64,000 bases of DNA from the human T2T-CHM13v2.0 reference genome, Homo sapiens. Positions 1-15,150 of the stretch are shown one piece after another (the stretch's first letter is position 1; each line of letters starts with the position of its first letter). The notes under the pieces are model-generated. The model ran no database searches. It saw only the letters and a list, made by a program, of their open reading frames with translations, and was not told the origin of the DNA. The position numbers and the translations under genes are program-made. Location of the stretch: the NCBI RefSeq assembly GCF_009914755.1, contig NC_060928.1, one strand, 5' to 3'.

Positions 1-1583
1 GACTGAGATTGTTTTAATGAGAAAGAGTTTAATGGTGTTATGTTGAAGATTGGCGTTAGTGATTCAATATATATTTCTCTTCCCAGAAAATATTGAGGTT
101 CTATATGGATTAGGTATTACTGACAGTCCAGTTTATAAAACAACTAGTTTACAGATTATTCTTCACCCCACGTTTTTATCATGTAAGCCTGGAAATTGGT
201 TATCAGTATATAATAAGTCAACCAAGCATTCTCTTGAAAGTGCCAACTCGTTTTGACGGGTAATTCACCTTGAAAGTACCAAAGTAGCTTGAACAACATT
301 TTTATATTTTTGATGAATTCTTATGAAATTGTTTTGACACATGATTTCATCCGGTGAAAAGGATGATATATATGGCAGAAAATCTGTCATTTGGCTTCCA
401 GATTTAATTAGCCTTATTGAAATCCTCAGTTGACGTTTAAGTCAGCATTTTATGTTTTTCTAATTTTTTTTCTTTTGTTTTTGTTATCTTCCTAGATAGA
501 TGAGGGTGGTTTGGGTATGTATTTTTACTTTGGTTGTTTGAACATGAGTATTGTTCCTTGTTAAGATTTGTAGAGCTTATGAATTCCTATGTGACTGTCA
601 GTGACAGCTTGCTCACTCTTCTCCAAGCAGTTTCAGTGATTATGAATGTTGTTTTTGTGAGTTTTATTTTTAATCTACTAGAAATTTGTCAAGTTTTGAA
701 ACATTGATATTTATACAAGTGCCTGTAATGCCATGTATTTTATGTTGTTACATATATTGTTGCCTTCAGATAGAGCTGAACTCTTATTTGATTTACAGTT
801 TGTATTGAAGCAAGGTACAATTTATAGTTATTGTTTTCTTAAAAGTCTTATTTAAAATGAATTCAGTTTCTTTGTATCAATGGAAGATTGCTATCAAATG
901 TAATTTAAGAATGGAGTGTATGGGGTGAGAGAGAATATTTGCCATAGGTGAATATAGAAACAGAGCAAACTGTGATGTGTTTTTTCAGATCTATGAGTGA
1001 AGCAATTGTGGACACTGTTGTAAGGTTGTGTGCTGCATAACTTTATGAGGTGCTGATTACACCCATAGTCATTGTAGGTTGATTTATTAAAATAATTGAC
1101 AGGCAGAGGGTAGTAAGAAGAAGGAGTTTTTCCTACATAATATTTTCAAAGGCATCATTTGCAACAGCTGTGGGGCTAGACAGCAGTAGATGAAGATTAT
1201 CTTATGAGGTTGCAGATTTAGAAATGGTTTTCTAATGTACCTTTGCTTTATGCTATTGTACCTAATAGATAGGAAAACATTGACAATTTTCATTGCCCCT
1301 AATTACCCTAAATCAGTATATTTAAAAAATTGTAATAGAAATTGTGGAATTTAAAATTTTGTCTAAAATTACCCCATTCTATGAATGATGAAGCTTATTT
1401 CCTAATAAAGTCACAATATGATAATGAACCAACATATTATTTTTTGCCTGCTGACTTCCAGAAGGCTAGGAATTTATTAAAGATAGGTTCAGGCTGTATT
1501 TCTAAATGTGTATCTAGCTCTTTAGATTATTTGTTAAAGAAGGAGATAGTTTACCTAGGTTTTATGTTAACTCATTGAGTTAG

Positions 1584-2269
<686 letters not shown>

Positions 2270-3930
2270 TGTGCTAGATATTTAAGACATGAACCATTGT
2301 TATACAGAGAAACTCTTTTTATGTTGGTCACAGTCTTAAAAAATCACTGCTATTGAAATGTTTAGTCTGATTTTCTTAATAAAATCAATTTTATCATAGA
2401 AGTCTCAAAGGAAGGGCCTTTTAATAGAAATAGTCATGTGTACCATATTTAATCATAAACAACATCTTTATTGCTCTGATAGTTTAAAACTTTTTATATC
2501 TTTTATATAGAGCATTTGGAGAGGAATCTCTTCACTTTCTTTTATGTGGTGACCAGGTAGGGACTGTAAGGTTGAAGGGAAATTAATCCCAGGGTAGCTA
2601 TTAGTCTAGGAATTTCCAAGATGCCAATAGGAGGATGGTAATTAAGGCTGGAAACCGGAGAGATTAGGACAAAGACTATACAGAGAGTGGAGGCTTCTCA
2701 TGCATGGACTCTAGGGTCTGAAATACCAGGTTATTTGGGCATCAGACTTAGTAGGCAAAATAATCTATACTACAAGTGTGTTAAGAAATTTTATCTGTCA
2801 CTGAAAATGTACTGGCAGTGGGAACTGCTGTACTGTGAAGTGCCATCAAAATTGAGGTTTGCTTCAAGGGCCCTTTCCATGCTTATCTATGGATTATCCT
2901 GCTCATTTTAAAACATTAATTGAAACATGCATTGACCACACTCCTACTGTGTGGTCTCTACACTGAGTCCTGGAATATTCAAAGGAAGCAAGATGATCTA
3001 CCCCTGCCATCATGTAACTTAGTATCTGCTTGGGGCGATGAGGCGGTTGCATAGGAAATAGAAAAAATTCCCTGAGTGTCATTGAACAAGTAAGTTGTAC
3101 GGTGTAAATTGACATGGCAAAGACCATACAGAATGCAAAATCATTTCAAAGATGGGTATTTTAATGTATGTGGAAGGTCATCAGGGGTGGCTTTTAAGGG
3201 GGTATTTTCTGAGTTGGGTTTATAGTTTAGATTGTTGGAAAGTGGTCAGAAAGAAAATGTGGACATGATAAAGAACATGAGTGATGGCACAGAGATAGGA
3301 TTCAGCGAGGACAATTCAAACATAACCAACAGCTTGAGTGAGGGTAAAAGGATGAGATCAATTTATCTAGAATGCAAGTGTAGTTTAGGGAGTGAAATAG
3401 TTACAGAAGCATTGGTAATAGTGGCATTGATGAGAGCTCTACTTTACAAAGCTGTATAACTTGGTTGGAAAGCTGGGACTGTTGGTAAATTAGGTCTCAG
3501 GTAACACTGGCAGAAGGTTGAAAGAAATGTGCATATCATGTATTTGCACCACGTTGACTGTGTCCATTTACAATTAGTGCTTCTCCTTCATTGATACCAA
3601 CTGTATCCATAATTTAAAAATTAAAATTGTGCTGTGGTACTCTTAATAATCACATTTTAAATTACAGCTGGCAGTTATAATGAGAATAAGTGGAGAAACA
3701 GGACATTTAACTAATCAGTTTGGAGAGGCTGAAATACTATTCTCATTATGATTCTCGTGACAAACAATGAGCTACTTGAGTTTAAAAATCGCAGGCCTAC
3801 TTTCTGCTTGCCGGTGCTGCGTGATAAGTTAAGTGATTGCTCTGAGAGCTTGCAAGGTTTTTTTTAGTAGTGAAAGGAGGTAAAACAATGGATGAGTGGT
3901 TCTATGTGGCAGAGACTGAAGACAAATTTA

Positions 3931-4740
3931 CTTGTTTGTTTTCAAGTGGGATTATTTATTTTAATTTTGATTTTGATTTTAGATTTAGGGGGTACACGTG
4001 CAGGTTTGTTACTAGGGTATATTGCTTGATGCTGAGATTTGGGTTTGATTGAACCCATCACCCAGATAGTGAGCAAAGTATACAATAGGTAGCTTTTCAA
4101 TTCTTGCCCGCTTCCTTCCTCCTCACTCTTGTAGTCCCCAGTGTTTGTTGTTGCCATGTTTATGTCCATGAGTACCTAACGTTTAGCTCCCACTTATAAG
4201 TGAGAACATGTGATACTTGGTTTTCGGTTTCTGTGTTGCGGCCTCCAGCTCCATCCATGTTGCTGCATAGGACATGATTCCATTCTTTTTTAAGGCTAGT
4301 AGCATTCCATGGTGTATATGTACCACATTGGCTTTATCCAGTCCACCACAGATGGGCACCTGGGTTGATTCCATGTCTTTGCTATGGTGAATAGTGCTGA
4401 GATGAATGTGCAAGTGCAGTTTTCTTTTTGGTAGAATGATTTCTTTTCCTTTGGTTATATACCCAGTAATGGGATGGCTGGGTCAAATGGCAGTTCTATT
4501 TTTATTTCTTTGAGAAATGTCCAACCTGTTCTCCACAATGTCTGAACTAATTTACATTCCCACCAATAGTGTATAAGCGTTTGCTTTTCTCCACAGCCTG
4601 GCCAGCATCTGTTGTTTTTTGACGTTTTAATATAGCCATTCTGACTGGTGTGAGATGGTATCTCACTGTGGCTTTGATTTGCATTTCTCATAATTATTGA
4701 TGTTGAGCATTTTTTCGTATGTTTATTGGCCACTTGTATG
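3931..4740 (-). mobile_element. 5'-truncated L1 3' end (L1PB/late L1PA-like) with 14-bp TSD
   Basis: L1 3'UTR and ORF2 C-terminal remnant (IELPFDPAIPLLGI). TSD tgaagacaaattta at 3917-3930 and 4741-4754. Confidence 0.9.
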
Positions 4741-5228
4741 TGAAGACAAATTTAAGTGTTTCTTATTTCATGTAAAGAGCTATATAGGATTAGAAAATCG
4801 TATTCTTGAAAGAGTACACATTTGTTATAAGTCATACAATGACTTACTGGAGATGCCTTAAGGAGTATGGCATTTTAAAAATAACTCACTAGTGAATTAT
4901 GTTACAGAAGGGTAACTTTATTGGACATTAAACATATCCAAAAGGCATAAAGATAAGTGAGGGATGGAGTTCTGGAAGTTGTGTATTCACGTAAGATTTA
5001 CTTTCAGGTATTGGCAAAAATCACAGCTGGAGTGCAGATTAAGCATGGTAGGAGGGTGGTGATTGGAGAAGGAATGGAGGGGAAAAAGGAAAAACTACAA
5101 ATCATGTTAAAACTGTCCTCATTGAGTTTTACAAGTAATATACTGGTCTTATATACCCTTTCCTCCTACCGTGGGAAAATATCACTAACTTGTAATAGGA
5201 TTAAATGAGGCAATACGTAAGCTTTTTA

Positions 5229-5590
<362 letters not shown>

Positions 5591-6093
5591 TTAATTCATA
5601 TTTGGAATGGCCTAAAGTTAGATGATGGCAGAATTAGTAAGGGCTACTAAGTGTGTAAGAACTGCTTACCTTAGGATTTGTCTTGTGCAACTCATTATCA
5701 TGTTATTTTTGCAGAAGCAGGTGATTGGGCCCTCTAATTGGCCAGTTAATGAAAGTACTAGGTTAGGCAGGGAGCCATCTGTTTTAACCTAAAAATGTTC
5801 AGTTTGATCTATGCATATATGTATAACTGAATCTACAACTGAGTTAAAATATACACATGTGCATAAATATATATTTGTTTGTGTGTATGTGTATCAGTTC
5901 ATCCTCTAGGACTTGACTCTGTTCCCTAAGTCTTCTGCACTTATTTACCCTGCACCTAATCCAGCAACAGGTATAAAAAACTGACATACCCGTATTAGTT
6001 TTACAAAGCATTAACCTATGAAGTAATTATTAAGTTAAGTAGATAGTTTATCAAGAATGGGCGGTATATGTATTGTTCTTTTTAAGATATTAA

Positions 6094-6436
<343 letters not shown>

Positions 6437-7499
6437 ATAACTTTATCTTTGAAGAATTGTTTACCAAAAGGATTATTAAAAGTTATGAGCAAAAATGACC
6501 AGAACTGATTTCTAAAATCAGACATTACTCCAGGTTATTAGTCATGTCTTTTCAAGAGATTCCTTACCTTAGTGCTTAGTCCGTACTAATGAGCTCTTTT
6601 ATCCTGACTTCTGTCCTAAACTGCTCACCTGCAATGTTTGATATGCGTATACTTCTATCTTATTTGTCCTACAAATATTATTGATTGCTTCTTATATGCT
6701 TGCTTAGAATGTGGTGCTGAACTAAAAGAGAGATCCTCCTCATGTGCTATCAAAGCCAAGAGATAAAAAGTGTTTTGAGAAGGTTCACTTTGTCTAGTGC
6801 TGCAGGGACATTCAATAATGAGAGACATAACCTTTGGATTTAGCAACTTGGGAGTCCTATGTGACCTAACAGGACTAGTGTTAGTGGAGTGGCAGAGCTG
6901 GTTGAGGAGACAATGGGGAAAGAAGAATTGGTGAAACAGAAAATTTCATCATATCAAAAAATTTCATTGTGAAGTAGAGCAGGGTGGTGGCTAGGACTTG
7001 TAAAGTCAAGAGGGGTTTGTTTCTTCAAAGTTAGGAGACACTAGCACGTGTTTGTGTGTTGATGGAAATGATCCAGTTGAGAGAGGTACAAAGGTGATAC
7101 AGGACAGAGGGGAGGTACTTGCAGAAGTGGATGAAATTCCCACAGTGGGGTGGGATGGGGTGGGGGAGGTGTTAGCTTTTGAGAGAGCAAAAGCACTTCA
7201 TGCTCTTTTATAAACTTAGGATGAGAGATGTAGGTCAGTTGGTAGATTTGGGAATTCCGTGATTTCCTGCTGCCAAACATAAATCCACACTCCTTGGCGA
7301 GACATACAGGACAGCTCAAAGTGCTTCCAGCTTGCGTTGCTTCCAACACGCTCTACAGTTACTGATCGCTGTGGTCTGGACATACTTTTGTCTAAGCTGT
7401 TCTGTCTGTCTGGGATATCCACCACATTGTTATCACCTTCCCCCTACTCTGTGAATTTCTTTGGGAAGTCTACCCTTGTATTCCTGTCAGGATTAATCA

Positions 7500-7612
7500 T
7501 TCCATATCCATACCAAGCTGTGAGATTTTCAAAGGTGTGGGCTCTATTATTCATCTTTGCTTCCCCAGTGCCTAGGACACAGCAGGCATTTAATAAATGT
7601 TTGCTGAATTCT
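7500..7612. mobile_element. L2 3'-end fragment
   Basis: cagtgcctaggacacagcaggcatttaataaatgtttgctgaat resembles the L2 terminus. Confidence 0.6.
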
Positions 7613-7899
7613 GTTGGGTCAGAATTATATTTTTAACTTGCCCTTTAAAAAAATCACTTTAAAAAGTTTGACAATATTATGATAACATATTCCCTTTTAG
7701 AAATAACTTTTCAGTAACCTACAATTTATTTAATGTCAGGTTGATATAGAGGAGAAAACCAGGGAAAAGAATGAGGTTGGAAGGTAATGGAAGGAGGAGT
7801 CTGGGGAAAGCGTATGAGAAATTGATATTGTTTGACCCTTGCAGGGATGTAGAAGAGGAAAAAAGGCAAATGGTGTTGGCTGGATATTGGTTTTCTTAC

Positions 7900-8416
7900 T
7901 ATGTTAGTTGTAATCAGTTTTGGTTGCAAAAACCAATTGCAACAACACAGTAGGACCCAATTTTTCTCTCACAGAAAAGGACCCTGGGAGTGGATGGTTC
8001 AGGATGGTTTGGTGGTGGCTGCAAAGGTGAAAGGTTACAGGCTTCCACCCTTCTTCTCCGCTTGTGCTAGCATGTGGCTTGCATTTTCAGGGTCAGTTCG
8101 TAGCACAGATGGCTGCCAAACCCCAGCCATCATGTCTGCATTGAAAGCTAGAAGCAGGAGGAAAGGCAATAGAGCAAAGTTACCTTTTCCATTCAAGACA
8201 GATTGCTTGAAGTGTCATTTCTATTTGTATCTCATTGTACAGAATGTGGACAGTAGTAGTCATGTGGCTACTTCAGGCCACCCAGGATCCTGGGACATGT
8301 AGTCTTTTACTCTGCAACGTGATGTGCCCTGCTAAAAATAATAATATAAAAACTATCCTTCTAAGGAGAAAGAGGAAAATGGATATTGGGGCAGGGAACC
8401 CACGGTCTCTGTTACA
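7900..8416 (-). mobile_element. Old MaLR LTR (MLT1-type), degraded
   Basis: Motifs ttttggttgcaa, tggctgcc, catgtggctac, gggacatgtagtcttt, atggatattggg, ending in ttaca. Confidence 0.55.
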
Positions 8417-10689
8417 CCTGCTGTTCAGTTTTCCCCCTCACTCTCAGAGTGCATTAATTGCCTATGCTTACATTCTACATTGGCTTAGCCACGCTCCTTT
8501 AGCTCTTATATCATCTGTAATTCCTATTTGTCCTACTGAAAGTTGACTCAAGTCCTGGTATTCCTGTGACATATATAAGGCAAAGGCTTAAAGATCTTAA
8601 GGAAGTGCTGGGAGAGAATTCCAAATAAGGCAAAGAAAATGATGAAACAAATATCAACTTGGTTCAACTAGAGTTGATGATATTGAAGGGAAACTTTAGC
8701 TACACTAGTTTTAAGTATATTCTACTTTAAATGTAAAATAAGGTAGGTCTCTAAAGAAGTAAAGTGAAATATGTAAATAGTCACAGTGGTATATATTAAA
8801 ATATTCCCCCTTCGGATATTAGTCATAATTTCTGCTTCAGTATGAAATACCTTCATCCTGGAACACTAACATGATTTTTAGCATCATTTAGAACCCTCTT
8901 TCCTCTTGTACATCATATTCCGATGTGATACCTGATGCACAGAGCAAAGCTGTTCTCTAGAGAGAGAGAGGGTTCAATTGCTGGATCAAGTTGGGAATTT
9001 GGTTGCTATAACTACAACATCGCAGATGTGCTGTACATATAAATGCAGGCTTCTGTGGCCTTTGGAACACTGGGATTGGTAGTGTCTTAACACAGTAAGT
9101 AGCCGTAAAGAGAAGGACTCATATTTTTTGTGTGTATAGTTGATGGAGTTCCACAGGTCACCTGGTGCTTCACGTGTTCAGTTAGGGCATTGTTTGTGAT
9201 CCTTGCTATAAATGAGTGTGTGATAGTTCATCCCAGAAGTCCTGTTTGCAGTGATGTTTATATTTCTCTTGAAGAAATAAATAATGCTATATTTCATAAA
9301 GATTTTAGAGTCTGATGTTTGTGTCAATGAAACACAGTATTGTTTTTCTCTGGAAAATGTTTCAGTTGGTTACCCACTGCTAAGTGCTAAGGAACTCATA
9401 ACTCTTGTCTGTGCCCCGGTTGTTTTTGGAGAAGGGATAGAGGGATGTGTGAGTTACTGTTTCACTTGTATGAATTCAGGGTGTATCTTAAAATAACATA
9501 GCAGCTAAATTTGTTTTTGTTTAAGAAAGTGTACTCTCTGTATTGGGGTCGCTAACAGAAAATAACAAGAGTAAGAATATGGTTAAAAGAAGGATTGATA
9601 TGTGAAGGAAATTATACTCTGGGAAATTGGAATGTCATTATTAAGATAAAAATGTCCAATTAATCATAGTTCAGGGACACTTTTATTATGAGTTGAATTA
9701 TATATATATATATATATTTGAAGACAAGAAAATCATATTTTGAAATGTTGAAGGTGACTTTATTCTGTATTATGTACCCACTTAATTTTTTCCATGTATT
9801 GTAAGCTGTTTGACAGTACTCGTTGAAATAATAGTGAAGGAATAGCTTAGATATTTATATTATTGCTTTTTTAAGTGTAAGAATTTAAATGTCATGTGGT
9901 TTTTAAAAGGATCTGCAGTTATTTTTTATTACCAATTAGTATTTTGAATTGTGAGTCCAAAATATTTAAAATACTGTCTTAGATGTTTCTTACTTACGGC
10001 GTTATAGGGGTTACATATTTTTGCTATTAAATAGAAAATAGAATTTCTGCTATCTAGTGTTCGTGTATTTAGAGAGCTACACGAACATTAAATCACTGTT
10101 TTCTTAGTTATACTTCTATCTACTTTATTGAGTCAGATATTTCAAGATAATCTTATCTTTTCTTGATGGCTTACCTTTTCATGTTTTACAACTAGAAATT
10201 GCTTAGAATGTAAGTGTAATTTCCTTAAGATAACTTTGCTATTAATTAAACATTTTCAGATAGTTTTAAAAATGAGGGCAATGGTTAAAATTTGTCAAAC
10301 ACATTGTTGTGTTTTATTATTATTTTATGGTTCATTAGGGTAAATTTAGAAAACAGTCATTAGGCAGACTTAATTCAGTTTTACACACAGAAAAACCTCA
10401 AGTTAAGAAATTCCATTTCATTAGGCTAAATCAGATACATTTTAGGATGAACGTGTATATACTCTAGCGTATACGTATCAGAGACATATATGTTTGCCTC
10501 TCTTCTTGCCATGATGGATATAGTCCAAGATAATAATTTAGTTATTACTCAGAATCGTGAGACCATTTCTGTTTACCTCTTTTCATCTTATCTTGAATTT
10601 TAACTTACATAATTTTGGGAACACAACTAAAGAGTTGGCTTTGAATAAGATATTCCAGATTTTATAGCCATTATCCCATTTAAGTGAAC

Positions 10690-10983
10690 TTTTTTTTTTT
10701 TTGAGACAGAGTCTCGCTCTGCCACCCAGCCTGGAGTGCAGTGGTGTGATCTTGTCTCACTGCAACCTCCACCTCTCAGGCTCAAGTGATTCTTGTGCCT
10801 CGGCCTCCTGAGTAGCTGGAATTACGGTCATGTGCCACCACTCCCGACTAATTTTTGTATTTTTTGTAAAGATGGGGTTTTGCCATGTTGGCCAGGCTGG
10901 TCTTGAACTCCTAGCCTGAAGTGGTCCGCCTGCCTTGGCCTCCCAAAGTGCTGGGATTACAGGCATGAACTACCACGCCTGAC
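10690..10983 (-). mobile_element. AluS with 17-bp TSD
   Basis: TSD cccatttaagtgaactt at 10675-10691 and 10984-11000. Confidence 0.95.
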
Positions 10984-12189
10984 CCCATTTAAGTGAACTT
11001 CTAAAATCCCTTATGTATAGGAAATTTTGTGTTTGAAAGCATCATTGTGGCTGAAACAGATTTTTTTCATTGATTATCTATGTCAGAACATAAAGTAATT
11101 TTAGTCTTTCAAATATAGTAGAGAAGAGCTGCTTGATTACCACTCAAGCCCAAGAAGCATGAATTTTAATTTTTCTAAGAACGTGCTTGTGGGACAGTAT
11201 ATAGAAAAGACTTTAGAGTCTTTGTGTTAGGCAATAAAGATGGTTTGAAGATGACATGGGGCAAGACTTTCAAAGTAATTGCCCAAGGTAGAGATTTTCA
11301 AACCAGGCAGTTATTAGATTTGCCTGGCTTAGGATGGGCAAAGTACTGAGTCCCACGCCCTAGAGATTTTGGTTTGCCACATCTGAGTTGGACCTTAGAC
11401 TCTCTTGTTTTAAAAGCATACCAGCAGGTGGTTAATCAGATTCGAACAGAGAGGCTGTAGGTGAATGACTTTAAAATCGATGTGTAACTGTTTTAAAGGT
11501 AGAGCAATAGAAGAAGAGAATCCCTGGAAGATCTGGTAAAGTTGAAACCAGAGACAGGAACCTTATCTTAATGGTCTCTGTGTGCCAAAGCTAAGGGCCT
11601 GACTAGTATTTCCATGGAAAAAGAAGTTGATGGAGCATAATTTAAAAGGGCTAATTGGTGGAATTTAGTGACTGAAGGTTCAGACAAGGGAAGAAAAAAA
11701 GTAAAAGATGGCTTCAGATCTTTGAATTTGGATGTCTACAGAGCAGTTACTTTGACAGCTATAACCAAATCTGGAGGGAATGAGGTAGGTGGGTATCAGA
11801 GTTGAAATGAAGATACTTGATTTTAGGCATGTTTAATTAATGCATTAACAAATAGGTGGGAGCTACAGGGGATATAAAGAGATAACCTGGGTCACCTGAG
11901 AAAGGTTGTAGATACAGGGTAGGGTAGGTGGAGAGTTGGGTAAATAGAAAGAATACCAGAGGAAAAGAGGAGTACTTATAGCCATGTCAGAAAGTAACAA
12001 ACAGGGACAGAATTTGAAAACTTTAAAATTTTGCTGTACCGCCCAACCCAGTGCAGAGTTGTCTCATGGTCTATTTTAGCAAGCCATACAATATGTTGTC
12101 AATCCTTATATAAAGTGGATGCCAGATTTATAAAATTACTGAATTTTGTAAATGAGGCAGTATTAATCTTTCACAAAACATTAATTTGA

Positions 12190-13520
12190 AAATGATTGAG
12201 TTGCTTTCATATTTTGGCTTCTACGAATATTCACGAATGTCTGTTTGTGTGGGTGTATGCTTTCCTTAATGTCTTGGAAAGGTACCTAGGGGTGAAATTG
12301 ATGGATAGCATGGTAAATGTATGTTTAACTGTATAAGGAACTCCCACACTGTTTTCCACAGTGGCTATAACATTTTTTATTCACACTAGCAGTTTATGAG
12401 ACTTGTTTGCCTCACATCCTTGTCAACACTTGGTGTTGTCAGTCTTTTTCATCTTAGCTCTTCTAGTAGATACGTGGCAGTATTCTTACTGTGGTTTTTA
12501 TTTTGCATTTCTCTGAAGATTAATGTTGAGAATTTTTTCATGTGTTTGTTGGCCATTTCTATATCTTGACAAAGTGTCAGTTCACCTCTTCTGCCTGTTT
12601 TAAAAAATTGGATTATTTGTCTTATTTTTGAGTTGTGTAAGCATTCTTTATGTGTTTTGGATACAATTATTTTGTTGGCTATGTTTTGCAGAAATTTCCT
12701 CCTAATCTAACATGTGCCTTAAAAAAAATAAAAACTTTGTCTTTTTGAAAGTTAAGTCTTTTAATCTTGATGAAGTCCATGTTGTCAACCTCTTTTTTTA
12801 TAATTTGTACTTTTAGTGTCCTTGTTAAGAAATCTTTCTTTAACCTGATGTCATAAAGGTTTCCTCATGTTTTTCTTCTAGAAAGGTAATAGTTTTACTT
12901 CCTCCATTTAGGTCTGACATCTATTTTGATTTAATTTTTGTGTGTGGTATGAGGTAAAGGGTTGAGGTTTACATTTCTTCCTACAGATATTCAGTTGTTC
13001 TAGAAGAGTTTATTGAAAAAAGTATCTTCAATCCATCAAATTGCCTTGGCATGTTTGTTTAAAATCAATTAATTGTAAAAATAAATTAACTATAAAATAT
13101 TTGTTTAGATCTGTCTCTGGAATCTGTCTTGTGTTCCTTTGCTTTACATGTCAGTTCTTCCACCAATACCACATTTGTGTAACTTTATAGTCACTTTTGA
13201 AGTCATGTAGCATAAATCCCTACTTTGTTCTTGATTGTTTTTATTCTGTCCTTGCCTTTTTATATAAATTTTAAACCAGGTTATCAGTGCCAAAAAAATG
13301 TTTGTTAGGATTTGGTTGGAATTGCACTGAGTCTATATATCAACTTGGGAAAGATTACTATCTTAACAATATTGAGCTTTCCAAACCGCGAACTCTTTCT
13401 CCATTTAAGTTTTCTAGAATTTCCCTTTGCAAGGTTAAGTTCCCTTTGGTAGTTTTTAGTGTACAGATCATACACATTCTTCATTGTATTTATTCCTCAG
13501 TATTTTATGTTTTGATTATA
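12190..13520 (-). mobile_element. Ancient L1M ORF2 3' fragment
   Basis: Degenerate L1 motifs (gttttccacagtggct, gtggtttttattttgcatttctctg, gtggtatgaggtaaaggg, ttggaattgcactgagtctata). Confidence 0.8.
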
Positions 13521-14199
13521 AGTAATAGGTTTTTACCACTTCAGTCTATAAGGGAGAGTCTCTGAAACAGAGGTTAAGCAATATTGCCAGTGTTAGTTAT
13601 TGGTAGCATTAGAAACAGTCTTTCACTTACAGAACAAGTATGGGCTCATGAGAAAAGTCCACATTTAATTCAGATGAATTAAATCAATTGCCATTTTATT
13701 ACTTGATATCTTTGTAAAAGATTATATATGTGTACGAGTTTATGCTTTTCCTTTCTTGCACATGTGTTCTTTTAACTTCTAAGAATTATGAATACAGTAT
13801 TTTTCAAGTGACCTGAATTTTTGTTGAGGTTCAGTCTTACAAAGAAATACTTACCATTTCAACTTCTCTTGTGGTATGTGCCAAATTTTGGGCAGGTTAG
13901 TGGCTAGGTTTTGATGCCATTAACATAGAGCTTTAAAGAATATCAGATGTTTAGTTCTGATTCTTGAAATCTTGTTTGATTCTTGAGATCAGTTCAGGTT
14001 CTTACTTGCTTAGGGCCAATCTGAATCATTCATTATATTCATCTGCCATTTTTCTCATTAATATGTTACATAGATCTGTTTGGTTATTTCTTAATGTAAT
14101 TGTTTATTTTGCTTCTTGAATGAATTTTATAAAAAATAAGGTCATTTGAAGATAAGATATTAGAGCTAAGCTTCCTTGTCTATACAACTCATACACGGC

Positions 14200-15150
14200 C
14201 AGCTTTGCACAATGAAATGGTGAACGTTTAACAAAAGTATATTGGATGGGCATGTGTCTACATGCTGAAAAGAAAAGCTGTTATGGACCATAACTTTTAT
14301 ACAAACTGATCAGCTGCCATCTGTGTACAAAGCACTGTGATCAGCAGAGACCTGTTTGTGCCACTGTGTAGACTGATAGCAGCAGATTAATTTAGCTGAG
14401 CTGTTCTCTAGCAGTTTGGTCACGAGGACATAGACACTACCAAAGTGTAGTCATCACACCACTGATCTTTGCTGGTTTAGATTGTGGCAAGAGAGAAAAA
14501 CTGCTTGCTCTCTTCACCCCAATACAGCTGAGGTAAGAGCCACCTTTTTTTTCTCTTGAAGGGAAAAATGACAGCAAAAGCAGCCTCTTTTACCTTTTCC
14601 CATGCTGTTTTGATTTAAATTTATTCTAGTATTTTCCATGGTAATCCCTCAGGCCAGGTATACAGTTCAGCATCTCTTTGGCGGAGAGCAACTAGTTTGT
14701 AGTACAGCTTGGGTAAATTTTAATAACAAAATTGTATTGCCAGCACAAAGCATTTGACCTTGAAGACTCAGAGGAGAGCAGACATTGCAGATTTCCCTAC
14801 TTGCCCTCGACTTACAAGAGAGTAGATAATGAATTAATAGAAATTGATAAAGAGTGTCTGTCAGGCAGCCGCTGAGGTCATGAGGCTGGTATGCGAAAAG
14901 AGTGCCCATACAACATGCGAAACACATAGCTGCAGCCAGGAGAGGTGGGTGGGTCATTGAAGCAGGAAATTAGCCGTCAGATGGAATGTTGGCCTCTGTA
15001 CAAGCTACGCCGCGCGCGTGGACTCACTGGGAGAAAACACGGGGAAATGGGGAGTGCTCAGTGCTGCAGAGAAAAGAGCTCCTATAGAAGGTGACAGCAC
15101 TGTTGGTGTTAGTGGTTCTTCAAAGATACTGAAGACAGTGCAGGTTAGAA
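14200..15150 (+). promoter_or_regulatory. Putative internal promoter/enhancer and 5'UTR upstream of the MGSAQCC exon
   Basis: Repeat-free, higher-complexity block with several CAGCTG E-boxes and CGCGCGCG at 15011-15018 in an otherwise CpG-poor window. Confidence 0.45.
15047..15090 (+). CDS. RAPGEF2: Candidate alternative first coding exon, MGSAQCCREKSSYR(S)
   Basis: Strong Kozak gaaATGG at 15047. 14 codons plus AG, then donor AAG|gtgaca (phase 2). This matches the single leading T of the exon at 25585 (AG+T=Ser, then FGKR...). It lies in a repeat-free block with retained CpGs. Confidence 0.6.
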
